In this document: positions 36,187-48,585 of the stretch, piece after piece | Position numbering within the stretch: the stretch's first letter is position 1 | How the letters are laid out: each line of letters starts with the position of its first letter | NCBI GenBank assembly: GCA_012026655.1 | Contig: JAAILG010000173.1 | Coordinates: 62,001-126,000, forward strand | Direction of reading: 5' to 3' | From: Hydrolagus affinis | Taxonomy: Eukaryota | DNA: 64,000 bases | Notes under the pieces: generated by a model | Database searches by the model: none | Told to the model about the DNA's origin: nothing | The model's input: only the letters and a program-made list of their open reading frames with translations | Translations under genes and position numbers: made by a program

Positions 36187-37357
36187 ACAGGATGCTCGCT
36201 AACAGTAAAGGCACTATGTCTGTTTTGCTTTTTTTTTGTTAGGTAGGAGAATCAATAATCCTTGTTTTTATGAAAGCTGCATCTTTCATGCGAAAATGTT
36301 TCAAAGTACTGCACAAGTAATAACTGTCTCTTGATATGAGGCTTGGATCATTACCTATTGACCCTGAAGTGAGCCAAGTTGACATTGAACTTCACTTTGA
36401 AAGACTTATGTCCCATTCACAAAATGGCTACAAAGACATTTCTATATGTACCATATAATGGCTTCCCTGAAAGAATAAAAATAACTAGAATATGTTAAGA
36501 ATATAAGAGTGGGAATGCCATTCCTTAATTCCTTAACAATGAAAAATAATGGTGCAGATATTGCATGTTTTAATTTGCAGTGAACAGTAACTGATGACTG
36601 TAGAAATGATTCTGCTGGAACAATAGTTGGTTTTGGTTGATGTGTTTCATTGTGTAAAATGTATTCAGCTTTTATTGAATTTTTCCTCTCCACACTCTCT
36701 TATCTCTTTGGCTTTTATAATTCTAAGACATGTTATGAGTGTGAATGCTTTTGCCGTTGAGGGGCACTTCGGTGCTAGTTATTATTTCCCCTCTTTCATC
36801 TGCTTTCTTCTCTTTTCATTTATTTTAAGTTTAATTGTTATCTTGTCCATCCAAATGCTTACATTTCTGGTGTGGTGTGGCTTATAAAACATGACTTGGT
36901 TGGAATGTGCATTGAAGCTGAAAAAAGAAAAAAAAAATTCTCAGTTATACAAATAATATTTATTTAGTTAAGAAACTCCTGCCTCAAAGAACAGAAATCA
37001 ATGAAAAGTCTTACAACTATTCTCCCATTAAATTCTACTGCTACCTCTGAGATTTGAATTGTGTCTGGATATTCAATTGGATATTCAATTCAAAAGCTTC
37101 TTTTCTATGAGATAAGGCTGTTGGGTTATCTTATTTTCAATTAAAAATGTTAAATTCTACATTATGTTTTCCAATGTAATTTTTTATATCAACAACTACA
37201 AAATTACATTTATAGGGCACCTTTTACGTCGGAAGGACGTCCTCAACAGTTATGAGAGACCTGCCCGAAGAAGAACTTCTTCATTGGGCATAGTTTTGAC
37301 TTTTCATCGGCATTTGCTTCTTAATGAGCCAGTAGAGAGAGTAGGCAAATCATAATA

Positions 37358-37575
37358 CAGTAAAAACACGTTTATCCGGCACCCTCGGGACTTGGCCAAT
37401 GCCAGTTAAAACGCATGCTGGATATTCGGCCGAAAACACAACAAAAAATATTTTTTCTAAAAAAAATACATTGTGCCGGATATATTCCGGTTAATCAAAT
37501 GGGAACTTTTTTTTGGAGGTACCGGTTATACGGAAGTTACAGTTGATTGCGTTACGGATAAACAGGCTTTTACTG
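37358..37575. mobile_element. pogo/Tigger-like MITE (218 bp)
   Basis: TA|cagtaaaaacacgtttatccg ... cggataaacaggcttttactg|TA: TIRs plus TA duplication. Confidence 0.9.
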
Positions 37576-38140
37576 TAATTAATCCTTACATTTGATAGAG
37601 TCCTTTCAGATCAGAAGGATGTCTCAAAGTGCTTCACCAGATATACTGTGATAGACAGTGACTATGTATTTTGTAGACAAAACCAAGCAAATGGTCAAGG
37701 GACACACCTAACCTCTTGATAACATAATGTATGAGCACACTAGTTTACTTACTTTTTCACCAGATAGCAAGTTATCCTCATATTTTATACCAATTTATAC
37801 CTTGACAATGTTACCAAGTTGTTTCAACCTTCTAAGCAAATGTCCATTTTTAATCCATGTTTCTAAATTACCTCTTTATCCTTTTAATTGAACACTTAAA
37901 TATCATTGTATACTTTCATATGATTCATTGGGGAGCTGAGAAGAAATTGTTTCATATAGATACCTTGATTAGGTATCTGAAGAAAGGACACAGGAAAAGA
38001 CCAAAAATTGACGATAGAGTACAAATCTTGCGGAGTCAACACATAGGCTTGATGATCTTCATTGGCACAATAATTTCCATGATTCTAAATGAAATGCTCC
38101 AATCCTGTATAATCTCAATCGGGTTGTTGAAGTCTAGACG

Positions 38141-38650
38141 GAACATAGAATCATGGAATCTTATGGCACAAAAGGAGGCCATTTGGCCCTTCGAGTCTGT
38201 GCCGGCTCTTTAAAAAGAGCAATTTAATCCCACTCCCCAGCTCTCCCCCTATAACCTTGCAAATCTGTCCTCCCCAAATAAATGTCTACCTCTCTTTTAA
38301 AAGTTCTTATCGAATTGGCCTCCGCCACCTTTTCAGGCAATGCATTCCAGATTCCAACAACTTGCTGATTGAAAACATTTCTTCTCACCTCCCCTTTGCT
38401 TCTTTTTGAAACTATTTTAAATCTGTGACCACAAGTCACAGTGTAAACAGTTTTTCCCTATCTACTCTGTCGAATCTCCTCATGATCTTAAAAACCTCTA
38501 TTAGGTCTCCTCGCAACCTTGTCTGTTCCAATAAGAATAAACCTAGCCTCTCTAGCCTTTCCTCATAGCTGAAGTCCCTCATTCCTGGTACCATCCTAGT
38601 AAATCTCCTCTAGCACCCTTTCCAATGCCTTAACATCCTTCCTAAAGTGG
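38141..38650 (-). mobile_element. CR1 LINE 3' end
   Basis: GHRFKI...RRNVFNQQVVGIWNALPEKVAEANSIRTFKREVDIYL (CR1 C-terminus) and atagaatc-type terminal repeats. Confidence 0.93.
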
Positions 38651-40559
38651 CTAACATTGTAAGCAAATTGTAGAATACCGATTCATAGATACTTACAGGG
38701 CAAGACATGATAATTCCATGTGTCAATTCTTGGGTGGTGGAACTGTGAGATTGCTACCCATTAAGTAGAATTGTTTATCATGCATCATCCTACCAACATT
38801 GAAGTGTATTCTGTTCTGAACAGAAGTTTTAATAAACAAAAAATGCAAACTTTAAATGTTGTTGCTGGATTAAATTCTGGAAGTATGAAGTAGAATGAAA
38901 TTGAATTATTGTTGTATTCTGGATGTCAGTGTGGGACAAGATGCTAGGATTCAGTGGGTGAGAGATGTGCTGAAAATTAAGAGAAAAGAGTGGTGAAACA
39001 AACTAATGACCACTCAGATACAAATTGAAGGATCTTCTGTGCTGCCTGAATTGCAAAGGTGTGAAACAATTCCACAATTTGTTTCAATTATATGTGATTC
39101 ATAATATATTTTAATGATGTTAGACTGGTTATAATTTTGTTAATTAGTATATTTGGTAACATTCATCAGTCCATGTCTCTATTTCAGTACATTAATGTTT
39201 TTTTTATAATTCTGTTTTTCCATCAGGCATCTGTGTAATTTTGACAGCTTTGTTCTGATGACAATTTCAACATTGACACAATGAGCTTCAAACACTGTTT
39301 CATTTTGTTAAATTATAGCAAGATTTTCTTCATTTCCATCTGTTACCTGTCAAACCTGAATTTTCTGGAAGAAGTGGTCTATCTGAAAAAATTCTGTTAA
39401 TCCATATTTGGCAATAAATCTTCATAGAATGAGTGTTGCCAGCAGCCAACTTAATATGTGTATGAAAGACAGATATTTCCCTTGAAGGCTCCAAATTCCT
39501 CTCAATATTATTGATTGGTTGACATAAAGTGTCAGGAGAATCTTAATATGAGATTATTACAGACCATTAACAAGTAACCATAGCTGTTAAAAATTGGATT
39601 AAGGCACTAATAAAACCATCTAAAACAAAGTAAATGACGTAAGATTCAACATAAACCTGTCTGGGATCTGATTGCTCCACAAGCTATTTATCTGGGATAT
39701 CTGCCATAGAAAACAGACAACTAGATTTTCCTGCCACTAATCTGACCAGTCAAAGTACTCGGCCTTGTCACTCAACCAGTGAGAATTAATGCACAGGAAA
39801 TCAATCCATGGTTTTTCTCAACAGATCTTGATCAGTAATGAAAGAATGTAAAAGAGGAACTTTACTGTTGTATTTCAATGATTTACTCATCGTAGTATCT
39901 TCTTAGTATTCTCAACCATGTAATGACCTTTAACAAAATCCAGCTGCTGGTTGCAGGAGAATGTTGTTACCGCTGGTTTGCTTTCATGTAATATATTCTG
40001 AGGAAGTTGTGCCCTGTAGCCGTTTTGTCAAAACTTCAACAAAATTCTGTTTTTTTTAAAATTTATATATAATGTAGAACTTTTCATTTGGGAACATTAA
40101 TCTTGCAGAATAGTTTATGGCATGGCCATGGATTGGAAGCTGCCAACAGTGTGACACACTGGTCACATTCACAACTGGCAAACGTAAGCTTTTCCATTTT
40201 GTATGGCAATTCTCCCAAATAAACAGTCTGGGACATCAACCCCGACAAAGTAAATCTTATGCAATGTTATTTGCTCAAGAAATGATGGGTGGGTGTGGGG
40301 AGAGAGAGAGGAAATGTGTGATTTTCACATCACGCATTTTTCCCCAGTGACATTCTCCCAATGGTGGAATTTGCAGGGACTCATTCTGTGCTTTTCTGTA
40401 CTGTAAGTATGGAATATTTCACAAGGTGTTTGTTCATTTTTATTTTTAAAAACATTCACAGCAAAGTGCAATATTGTATTTGTATTATCAGGTAGATTTT
40501 ATATGGTAGATGCTAGTTTCACCAGAAATATTGTTACAGTTCCTAAATATGTTCCATGG

Positions 40560-41120
40560 ATACTACTTGACAGTTTCCCCAACTCCAACCTCAAAGATCA
40601 CAATATCATCCAGAATTCTGTAACCCACACCTTCCCCTGCAGTAGTCTCCACAGCCCTATTCGTCCCAGATCAGCTGCTTCCATCTCCAGTAGATCACCT
40701 TTAGTTGCTATGCACCAAAATAATGGAACTCTCTGACTCAATGTCTTCACCTTGCATCCTGTTTGCTCATTTTTAGATCACACCTGAAGACCTTCCTTTT
40801 CAACCATGCCTACAGTTACCTCTCCTTCTGCCAGGCTTAGTGTGAAATTCATGCTACCCCACATGAAGTGTACTATATAAATGCAAGTTTAAGATTCTCG
40901 TCCTTGCTTTCAAATGTCTCCACTGTCTTGTCCCACTGTACCTCTATTGTCTGCTGTGAGATCCTCTAACAGTCATTCTCTCTACCCATTTCAAGCCCTA
41001 TCCCTTTGACTGCATCTTCTGTTAGCTTCCATGACTTCTCAGACTACCACTTAATCTTTATCAAGCATGTTAAGACATTCTCTGAACATAAAAGCTGCTA
41101 CATAATGGTAAGTTGTTATT
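40560..41120 (+). mobile_element. Two abutting old L2 3' fragments
   Basis: aatatcatccagaattctg...cacctgaagaccttccttttc...tatataaatgcaagtt, then tttaagattctcgtccttgctttcaaa and a second tail near 41100. Confidence 0.65.
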
Positions 41121-41502
41121 ACTGCTACATAGATTCATAAAGAATTCAACTCGAGATAATGGGAATGCCTTGTAAATCTGTAATATTTAAAGATTTGAAA
41201 TAATTCATAAAACACATGTTTACCATTGTATTTTCCATTGAATGGTACAGAAATGGCTTTTGTTCGGTGGGTATTTAGTACGGGTTGTTTTAACAGTGAT
41301 AAATAAAGCACTGTTTTATATCAGTATCATATAAAATACGTGAGTGTTCAGGATCAAAAACAAACTAAAATGGTAAAAAAAAATGGATAGATATTGTGCA
41401 GCAGGTTTCACCAGGGGAGAGGGCAATCATGTGAGAGATAATCCATTAGAATGATCATATCATCAGTTGGTGTCTATAATCAAAATGTACCTACATTTAC
41501 AT

Positions 41503-41655
41503 TAGAATCATAGAATCATAGAACTATACAGCACAGATGGAGACCATTCGACCCATTGCGTCTGTGCCTGCTCTTTGAAACGAGCTGTCTAAATCAAGTC
41601 CACTCTCACGCTCTCTTGCCATACCCTGCAAATCTGTCCTCCCCAAATAATTATC
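41503..41655 (-). mobile_element. CR1 3'UTR fragment
   Basis: tagaatcatagaatcatagaa terminal repeats. tgcaaatctgtcctccccaaataa is shared with the 38141-38650 copy. Confidence 0.85.
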
Positions 41656-42699
41656 TATTTCTATAGAATCAATTATTGGCTTTAATAAAAGAATGCAAGT
41701 GTGACATTTCAACCTGGAGCACATACAATATCCGCTGCATCACAAAGTTGCCACTTTAATAATAATAATAATCCTTGCATTTGATATTGCGTCATCTTTT
41801 TGACGTCTCAAAGCGCTTGACAGAATATACTGTAAAGTGTACTGTAAAATATATAAAGTGTCTAGTAATGATCCAGAGGTCTAAGCCCATCTAACAACTA
41901 TCCAATATAGCAGCATCTTGCCTTTAATTTCAGATTTAAAGGTCACACTTTATTTGGTAGCTGCATCTATGCTTTGACATTTCATTGGCTTTCAAAGATT
42001 AAGTGCAGAAAAAAATCAACATTTGTCACTTCAATTTTCACAGAAGCTAAATTTCAAATGAGAAACATAATTGCAGTATGCATCTAATATGTAGACACAT
42101 ATCAGGCTATTGTCAGTTTATCAAATAATTTATTTTTAAAAATCACTGTGCAGAGGAAGTGCAATACCATACATTCTGTGTATTGTTTTCTTTTGTCTGG
42201 AACCTATGTAAATTCAGTTCAACACATGTAGAAGTAAGAGTGTGAACTGCATGAACACTGTCAGTATGAGCTTGGAGATTTGAGGGAATTTTAGATGGAT
42301 TAGGGGTGAGAATTTTCAAACTATGGACAGTCAAAGGTTGAGGTAAATTAGCTCACAAGAGACTAGATTACCAGTCTTTCACTTTGCTTTACCAGTTTTA
42401 TGACATAAAAATGAACAAAGTTTCTCTCAGCTGAAAGAGCACCTATCACACTACATATTTGATAAGTCTGAAGTGTGCATGCTCTGCTATCAACTCATTT
42501 GGACATGCACTGAGGGAATTTTAAATCAGAAGCCTACAATGACATATACGTTTTATAGATTTTAGCACACTGTGCAAAAATGAGAGTCAATTTAGTTTAA
42601 CCCCTACTTAGTAAATTGTCAATCACTATAATTCGCAATGTAAAATTTATGGGAGAACACTAGTGTTCTGACTTTGTACTTAATAGTTTATAAGGGAGG

Positions 42700-43050
42700 C
42701 TGATAGTTTTTCCCTCCTCTTCTGAAGGCATTGATGAGATTTCACAGACTCGCCTCCAATACTTCTCACACCCAAATGGCCAATGAGTGCCAGTCGACTA
42801 TTCTGTTGGGAGGGTGTGTCGAGATTTCACAGTCTGATTTTTGTTCTTGCCTGTCTTTCTCATAGTTATACTCTAGCAGAAAGCTTGGTAGTGATGTGGA
42901 GAGATTCCCAGCTGATTTTGTTCCACTGCCTGGATCAGGGATGTTGAGAGCAGTTATATTGCTCTTCCTGCCAGCAGGCCTGAAATCGGCTAATTTAGCA
43001 CACGGAGAGGATCAAGCCTGGCAGCTTAATGGTCTACATGGAACAGTTTC
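42700..43050 (-). mobile_element. Family C old SINE
   Basis: ccctcctcttctgaaggcattga...cccaaatggcca...gctaatttagcacac...ggatcaagcctgg. Confidence 0.6.
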
Positions 43051-43589
43051 ACATTGGGATACAATGAGACCAACATTAATAAAACTAATGTGTAGACATA
43101 TATTTAAAATATTTAGCATAGTCTGAATTATGGGTGAATGAATTCAAACATTGGTTTTGGTGCTGAGTTGTGTAATGTAGATTCATTTCAGACAGGGCTT
43201 TTCAAACTTTATTACCCTAGTCAAATGTACACTTTAATGATAATATTAAACGAATCTTAGCAAATATATTTTTTTTTTTAATTTGCATTTGATATAGGAC
43301 CTTTAATGTCAGTAGGATGTCTCAAAGCGCTTCATAAAAAATTTCTGTAAAGTGCAGTGACTATTGGGTAAATGAACGTCAGTCAATTTGCACATAGTGA
43401 ATGATTGATTTTTAGTTGGTCAAGACACCATTTTCAAATGTACATTTGACACTTCATATCAAATTGTAGTCTGTAATAGGCTGGATTAACACTATATGAG
43501 CTAATATTGGTCAAGTGCAATAATGTAATCCTTTCAGTAATAACCAATTGAAAAGAATATTGGTCAATCTTTTCATTTGTTAATGATAT

Positions 43590-43955
43590 AATTCGGGTTT
43601 GAGCCCAAATCAGTATTTCAGTTCACTGTCTCCACTAACACTCCAACGCAGCACTGAGAGCGATGCATTTTTTTTCATATGAGATGTTGATTGCCTATTC
43701 AGGTAGATGTTAAAATCACTTCATTTGTTAAATCTCATAGCGTGATTCGAAAGCAGAAGGGACACTCTTTTGTGTCCTGAACAACAGATTTATAGTCATT
43801 CACATCATAACTACTAGATTTTGTTGTCCTTTGCTGTGGTCTAATTGTGCCTGCTGTTTGCTGCTTAAAAAGTAAGTCACTAGACTTGACAAGAATAATT
43901 AATGTAAAGAGCTTTGAGAGTACTAACATATAAGGTGCTCTAAAAATGCATGTTA
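43590..43955 (+). mobile_element. DeuSINE-type SINE, decayed
   Basis: ctaacactccaacgcagcactgagag...tatgagatgtt...ttcaggtagatgttaaaatc...tgtcctgaacaac, followed by an L2-type tail. Confidence 0.6.
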
Positions 43956-44569
43956 TTTGTACAATTGAGGATCTCTGTATAATTCAACAGGATTAACCCT
44001 TAAGCTATTAGTTCAATCAGTATTAGAAGATTTCTTCAGCTTTTGAGTCATCAGAAAATAAATAGCAATGGGTTTCATTTAATGTATTAATCAAATTGAA
44101 GCATTTCTAAGTCAAATAAGAACATAGGAAAATCAACTAATTGTGAAAATCAATGCTGTGTGTGTGGTAGCTTGTCAGAGTACAAAATGAGTGGGAGAAT
44201 GGGAATGTTCTGACTGAAAAGATTAGGTGGCGGATGATCAGAGAATGAATGGCAAAAAGATTTACAGTATGTTTATAATACTCCTGGCAGTTTACTGTAC
44301 TGTAACACTCAGATTTCCTGCTATAATAATGAAATAGTTTATAGCTCTCTTTCCAGCATCTTATTAATTAAGGTTGTTATTAATTAAGGTTGCTAGTCGA
44401 TTGGCGGATTGCTTTTCCGGGTGTAATAATCCTCAATTGACTGCCAAGTTTTGCCCACCAAATACTCAGTCAGTCCACTTTGCAGTATATTCTGTCAAGC
44501 ACTTTGAGACATCTCAAAGTCATGATAATATGCTGTATCAAATGCAAGGATTTTGTTTTATTAGCTTGC

Positions 44570-44755
44570 CTCTTATGGCAGAATTATTGCTCCCTGGCTC
44601 TCTCACACATAGGAATCACTACTCCTAGCCTCTCATATAACAAAACTATTCATTTCTTTCTTTCTTACAAAAGAATCACTGCTCCCAGCTTCACTCACGC
44701 AGTGAAACCACGACTCCCATCTCCCTGTCTCTCCCACAGCTTGAACCACTGACAG
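44570..44755 (+). repeat. Degenerate ~30-bp minisatellite
   Basis: Recurrent gaatcactgctcccagcctctctcac-like units (about 5-6). Confidence 0.55.
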
Positions 44756-44919
44756 CGCTTTCATAGCCTATAATAACTTTTGCTTCACACTTGATTTTCA
44801 TTGAAGTCCACTTAATACTTTTTCTGTCACAACAGCTATTATGATCCAAAAGCAATTATCTAGTACCTATTATGCTTCATCTAATTATATTAGTGGCAAT
44901 GGATCATTTCACTTAATAC

Positions 44920-45228
44920 AATAATAATAAAAATAATAATAATAATCCCTTCATTTGATGCAGTGCTGTTCACGTTTTCTAGACATCTCAAAACTCTTCA
45001 CAGAATATACTGTAAAGTGAATTAGCTGTATATTTGTGGACGAAACGCAGCAGCCAATTGCGCACAGCAGTATGAGACGTGGATTGAAGTGACAAATTTA
45101 TTATTATTTTCTTTTGAGGGATTATTATCAGGCATGTGGAGTGAGGAAACTTGCCCAAGGTTTTGCCCTGCCAGGAATCGAACCCAGATCTCTCTCTTGT
45201 GAGCGGAGTGCTCTAACCACTGGACTCC
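44920..45228 (-). mobile_element. Family A SINE, short form
   Basis: (AAT)n tail through ggaatcgaacccag B-box to ggactcc. Confidence 0.93.
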
Positions 45229-46057
45229 AGTAGAAATGACTATATATTGGGTTGTGAGCATTACATTTTTTTCTTCTGAAGGCTCTAAAGCAATCACTAA
45301 ATTAGATACACAGGCTAGTTTTTACTTTGAATGTTGTAACAAACCTATTATTTCTGCTTGTACGAATGTCAGACATTTTTTTGTAGAATTGTTGGAATGC
45401 TGGAAGGCTTCTCATAGTTATTGGCTGCCATCTACAGTTTAAAACTGAGAATGACAATCACCTTTTTTCATGGGATGATTTTTTTTGGTGCAACAAATTG
45501 CTTCAACAATTAATGCTATACTGTAATGTGTTTAAAGAAAATGCAGAGTATCATGAGGATAACTAAAATGCAGAGAAGGAATGAGTTTAGAACTCAAGTG
45601 GAGTTGAATAGTTGATGGTAGATATATTTGGAATAATCTGGGAAATATTTTTTTTCCTCCCCAAATCAATCCCCTTTGTATTTCTGTCTCCACTCTGTAT
45701 TTTCAGAGTGTATGTTCGGTGTATGTACTCTGTATGTTTTCTATTATTTTTACGTGAACCCTCTTCTTTTCTGTTGGTGTCAATGCCTTGACCATGTAGT
45801 AACCAGCTGATGTAGTGATGAGACAATGAACTTTCAAAGGGATCTTGATTTCCTGACAGATCCAGACTAGCAATGAGTTTCCTCCATTTGGGATTGCTAA
45901 ACCAAACATCAAACATATTGTGCCAACATCAACAAAACAGATTGGAGTTTGTTTTACAAAAATATATAATCCTTATATTTAAGTGCCTTATCACATTGTT
46001 GAGATATTTCAAAGTGTTTTGTATAGCTTATTGACTGTATTGCAATGTAGTGCAGTG

Positions 46058-46380
46058 ACTCCATCCAACAGGCTCCGGCCTGCTCCATGTCTCCCACCTG
46101 ACCCACACTACCAAACAGCGGCCGGGATTTCAGCCTCTCTGCCCCCACCCTTTGGAACTCCATCCCACAATCCCTTCACCTTGCTCCATCCCTTGCCTCC
46201 TTCAAGGCATAACACAAGACCCACTTTCTCCACTATGCCTTCAGCTGCTGTCCTAACTCACTGTCCTCCCTCATCCCAACCGTGCCCCCTGATGCTCGGT
46301 TCCTGATCCCTGACTGTTTAACGCCTTGAGATATCCTCTTGAAATAAACGGCTTTTCATAAATGTAATTTTGTTTTCTTG
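46058..46380 (+). mobile_element. L2 LINE 3' fragment
   Basis: ttcagcctctctgcccccaccctttggaactccatccc parallels 47950-48000. L2 tail. Confidence 0.88.
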
Positions 46381-47524
46381 TATTTAAAGGCATAAAACAA
46401 AGCATTTTGAATTCACTTTCTTTGAATGTGGGCTCAATATACAGTACCTGATATGTTTGCAAACATCAATCTATTGGATGGCTGGCAAAGCACAACAATG
46501 TCTTTGTGTCAATCGATGTGCTCGCCTTTAACTCAAGCAGAGGGACTGCTTTCTCAGTAATTGTAATTTCAATATTGTAGCACAGGCAAAAACAAGGTGC
46601 AATAAAATGAAGAGATCAGATTCGAGGGAAGCTGGTTTTACAGCTGCAAGTGTTTAAACGAGTAGCGGAGATAGTAAAATAGCACTGGGTGGGAGGGGGT
46701 AGTAAGCTTAGACAGAACCACTTCGAGAGATTTTAGGAAAGGATACAGAATAGATGGATATTGTAAAATGGTCAATTTATATACCCAGGCTTGATCTATG
46801 ACTGAGAAAGGAACATCAAATGTTTTTCAAGCTTTAAGGGAGAAGATCTAAAAAAAAGGGAAGTGGAATAATTTGCAAAATCAATCTTTTGAAATAAATT
46901 GCGGGGGATTTTTAGGGGAAATGTTGTGATGCCCTTTTGCGATCCATTAAATCCTATTTTATGATTATTATATTGAAGTACATTAGCCAGTTTCATTGTG
47001 CATGCGTACAACCGCCTGTGGTATTAATAACTTGTGAGGCATGCCTTCCAGGTACCTGCACAAAAATAAAATAGCCAATTTTCAATCCATCAGATCACCA
47101 TCCAACATAATTTCTTGTTACTTTACTTTAAATGCAGAAAATAGGAAGTGATTTTGGTGGCAATCTAATGGCCTTGAAGTTAACATGTTTTAGGTCCAGA
47201 CTCACCAAACTTATCCCTCTTGAATGGGGTGTAGGTAAGGAATGGGTGTACCCTAATACCCATCTTTTTTTAGATATATCCCTTATCAATAATTATAATC
47301 TCTACCTTTGATATAGTACCTTTCATGTCAGGAGGATATCTCAAAGCATTTTAGTGGATTTCTGAAGAAATTGTTGGCTAGGACATTGGGAAAAACTCCT
47401 CTATTTTGAAAATTGCCCCATGAGATATTTAATGACTACTAGAGATGGCCATGAGCTAATGTCCCATATGAATAGCAGAACCTGCGACAATGAATGCAAC
47501 TGTAGCTGTCCCGCTTGTCCTGCA

Positions 47525-48225
47525 CCTCCCTTATATCCGCTCCATGACCAGTATAACCTTCCAACACCTCTGCAATATTGCCAGACCCCGTAACTACCTC
47601 AGTCCCCCGTGCCACCGAAACTTTCATCCAGGCCTTTATCACGGGAACTTTCTCCTCGTCGACCTTCCTAGCTCCTTCCTTCATAGGCTGCAGATCATTC
47701 AGAACTCTGCAGCTCGTGAACTCTCCTGCATCAGGCTCCACAACCACATCACTCCCACCCTTGCTCGTCTCCACTGGCTCCCCATCACTCAGAGGATCGA
47801 ATTCAATATCCTTGTCCTCACCCTCAAGGCCATTCACAGCCTTGCCACCCCCTATCTCTCCAACCTGCTGTCTCTCTATCAACTCGCCAGTCCCCCCCGC
47901 TCAGCAGGCTCTGGCCTGTTCTGCGTCCCCACCATCGGTGGCCCGGCTTTCAGCCTCTCTGCTCCCACACGGTGGAACTCCATCCCGCAATCCCTTCATC
48001 TCCCTTCCTCTCTTCCTCCTTCGAGGCCGGTCTCAAGACCTTCCTCTTCGACCGTGCCTTCTGGTCCCCTCCTAACTCCTCCATCTCTGCTACTCTCCTT
48101 CCCCTTCCCCCTACCACGACTCTTCCCCCTGCTCGGGTCCCGACCTGATTGTTCAACGCTTTGGGACGTCCTCCCGACGTGAAAGGCACTCTATAAATGT
48201 AATTTTGTTGTTGTTATTGTTGTTG
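47525..48225 (+). mobile_element. L2 LINE 3' fragment (decayed ORF2 C-terminus + tail)
   Basis: LHRLQIIQNSAAR...HITPTLARLHWLPITQRIEFNIL...AFSLSAPTRWNSIP and a (TTG)n tail. Confidence 0.96.
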
Positions 48226-48514
48226 CATCACTGGCATGTTCCATTGGTATCAACTGATACACCACGGCGGTGCAGTGCTTGAAAGCTCAGACCCCAACAA
48301 TGGGACAGGTGGACTGAGGAACGTGTAAATGGTGTGGAATTGGAGGAGTGGGGAGTACAGGCAGGAGAATGGAAGAGATTGTTTGTTAGTAGGATCATCA
48401 GATTAATCTTTGCTAAGTGTTAAACCCACATTCTGGATTTTTAAAACAAAAGTCACTAAAATCCTGTCATTAGATTTCTTGTTTTTAATATTCTGCATGT
48501 ATAAATGTATAACA

Positions 48515-48585
48515 TTATATATATATATATATACATATATATTTTTATATAAAATATATAAAAATATATATGTATATATATGTAC
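48515..48585. repeat. (TA)n-rich low-complexity tract
   Basis: Directly visible. Confidence 0.9.

Noticed and set aside
36585-36620. CTGATGA...GAAA hammerhead-like boxes (similar at about 23440-23470 minus and 56199-56225)
   Set aside because: No stem II can form and stem I is out of register. Consistent with chance.
37067-37090. Short tandem duplications (also about 22211, 26222, 35652, 44361, 54478, 55450)
   Set aside because: Ordinary 10-16 bp slippage duplications with no shared sequence.
47490-48182. 230-aa ORF, the longest in the window
   Set aside because: Frameshifted L2 ORF2 C-terminus plus 3'UTR, not a host gene.
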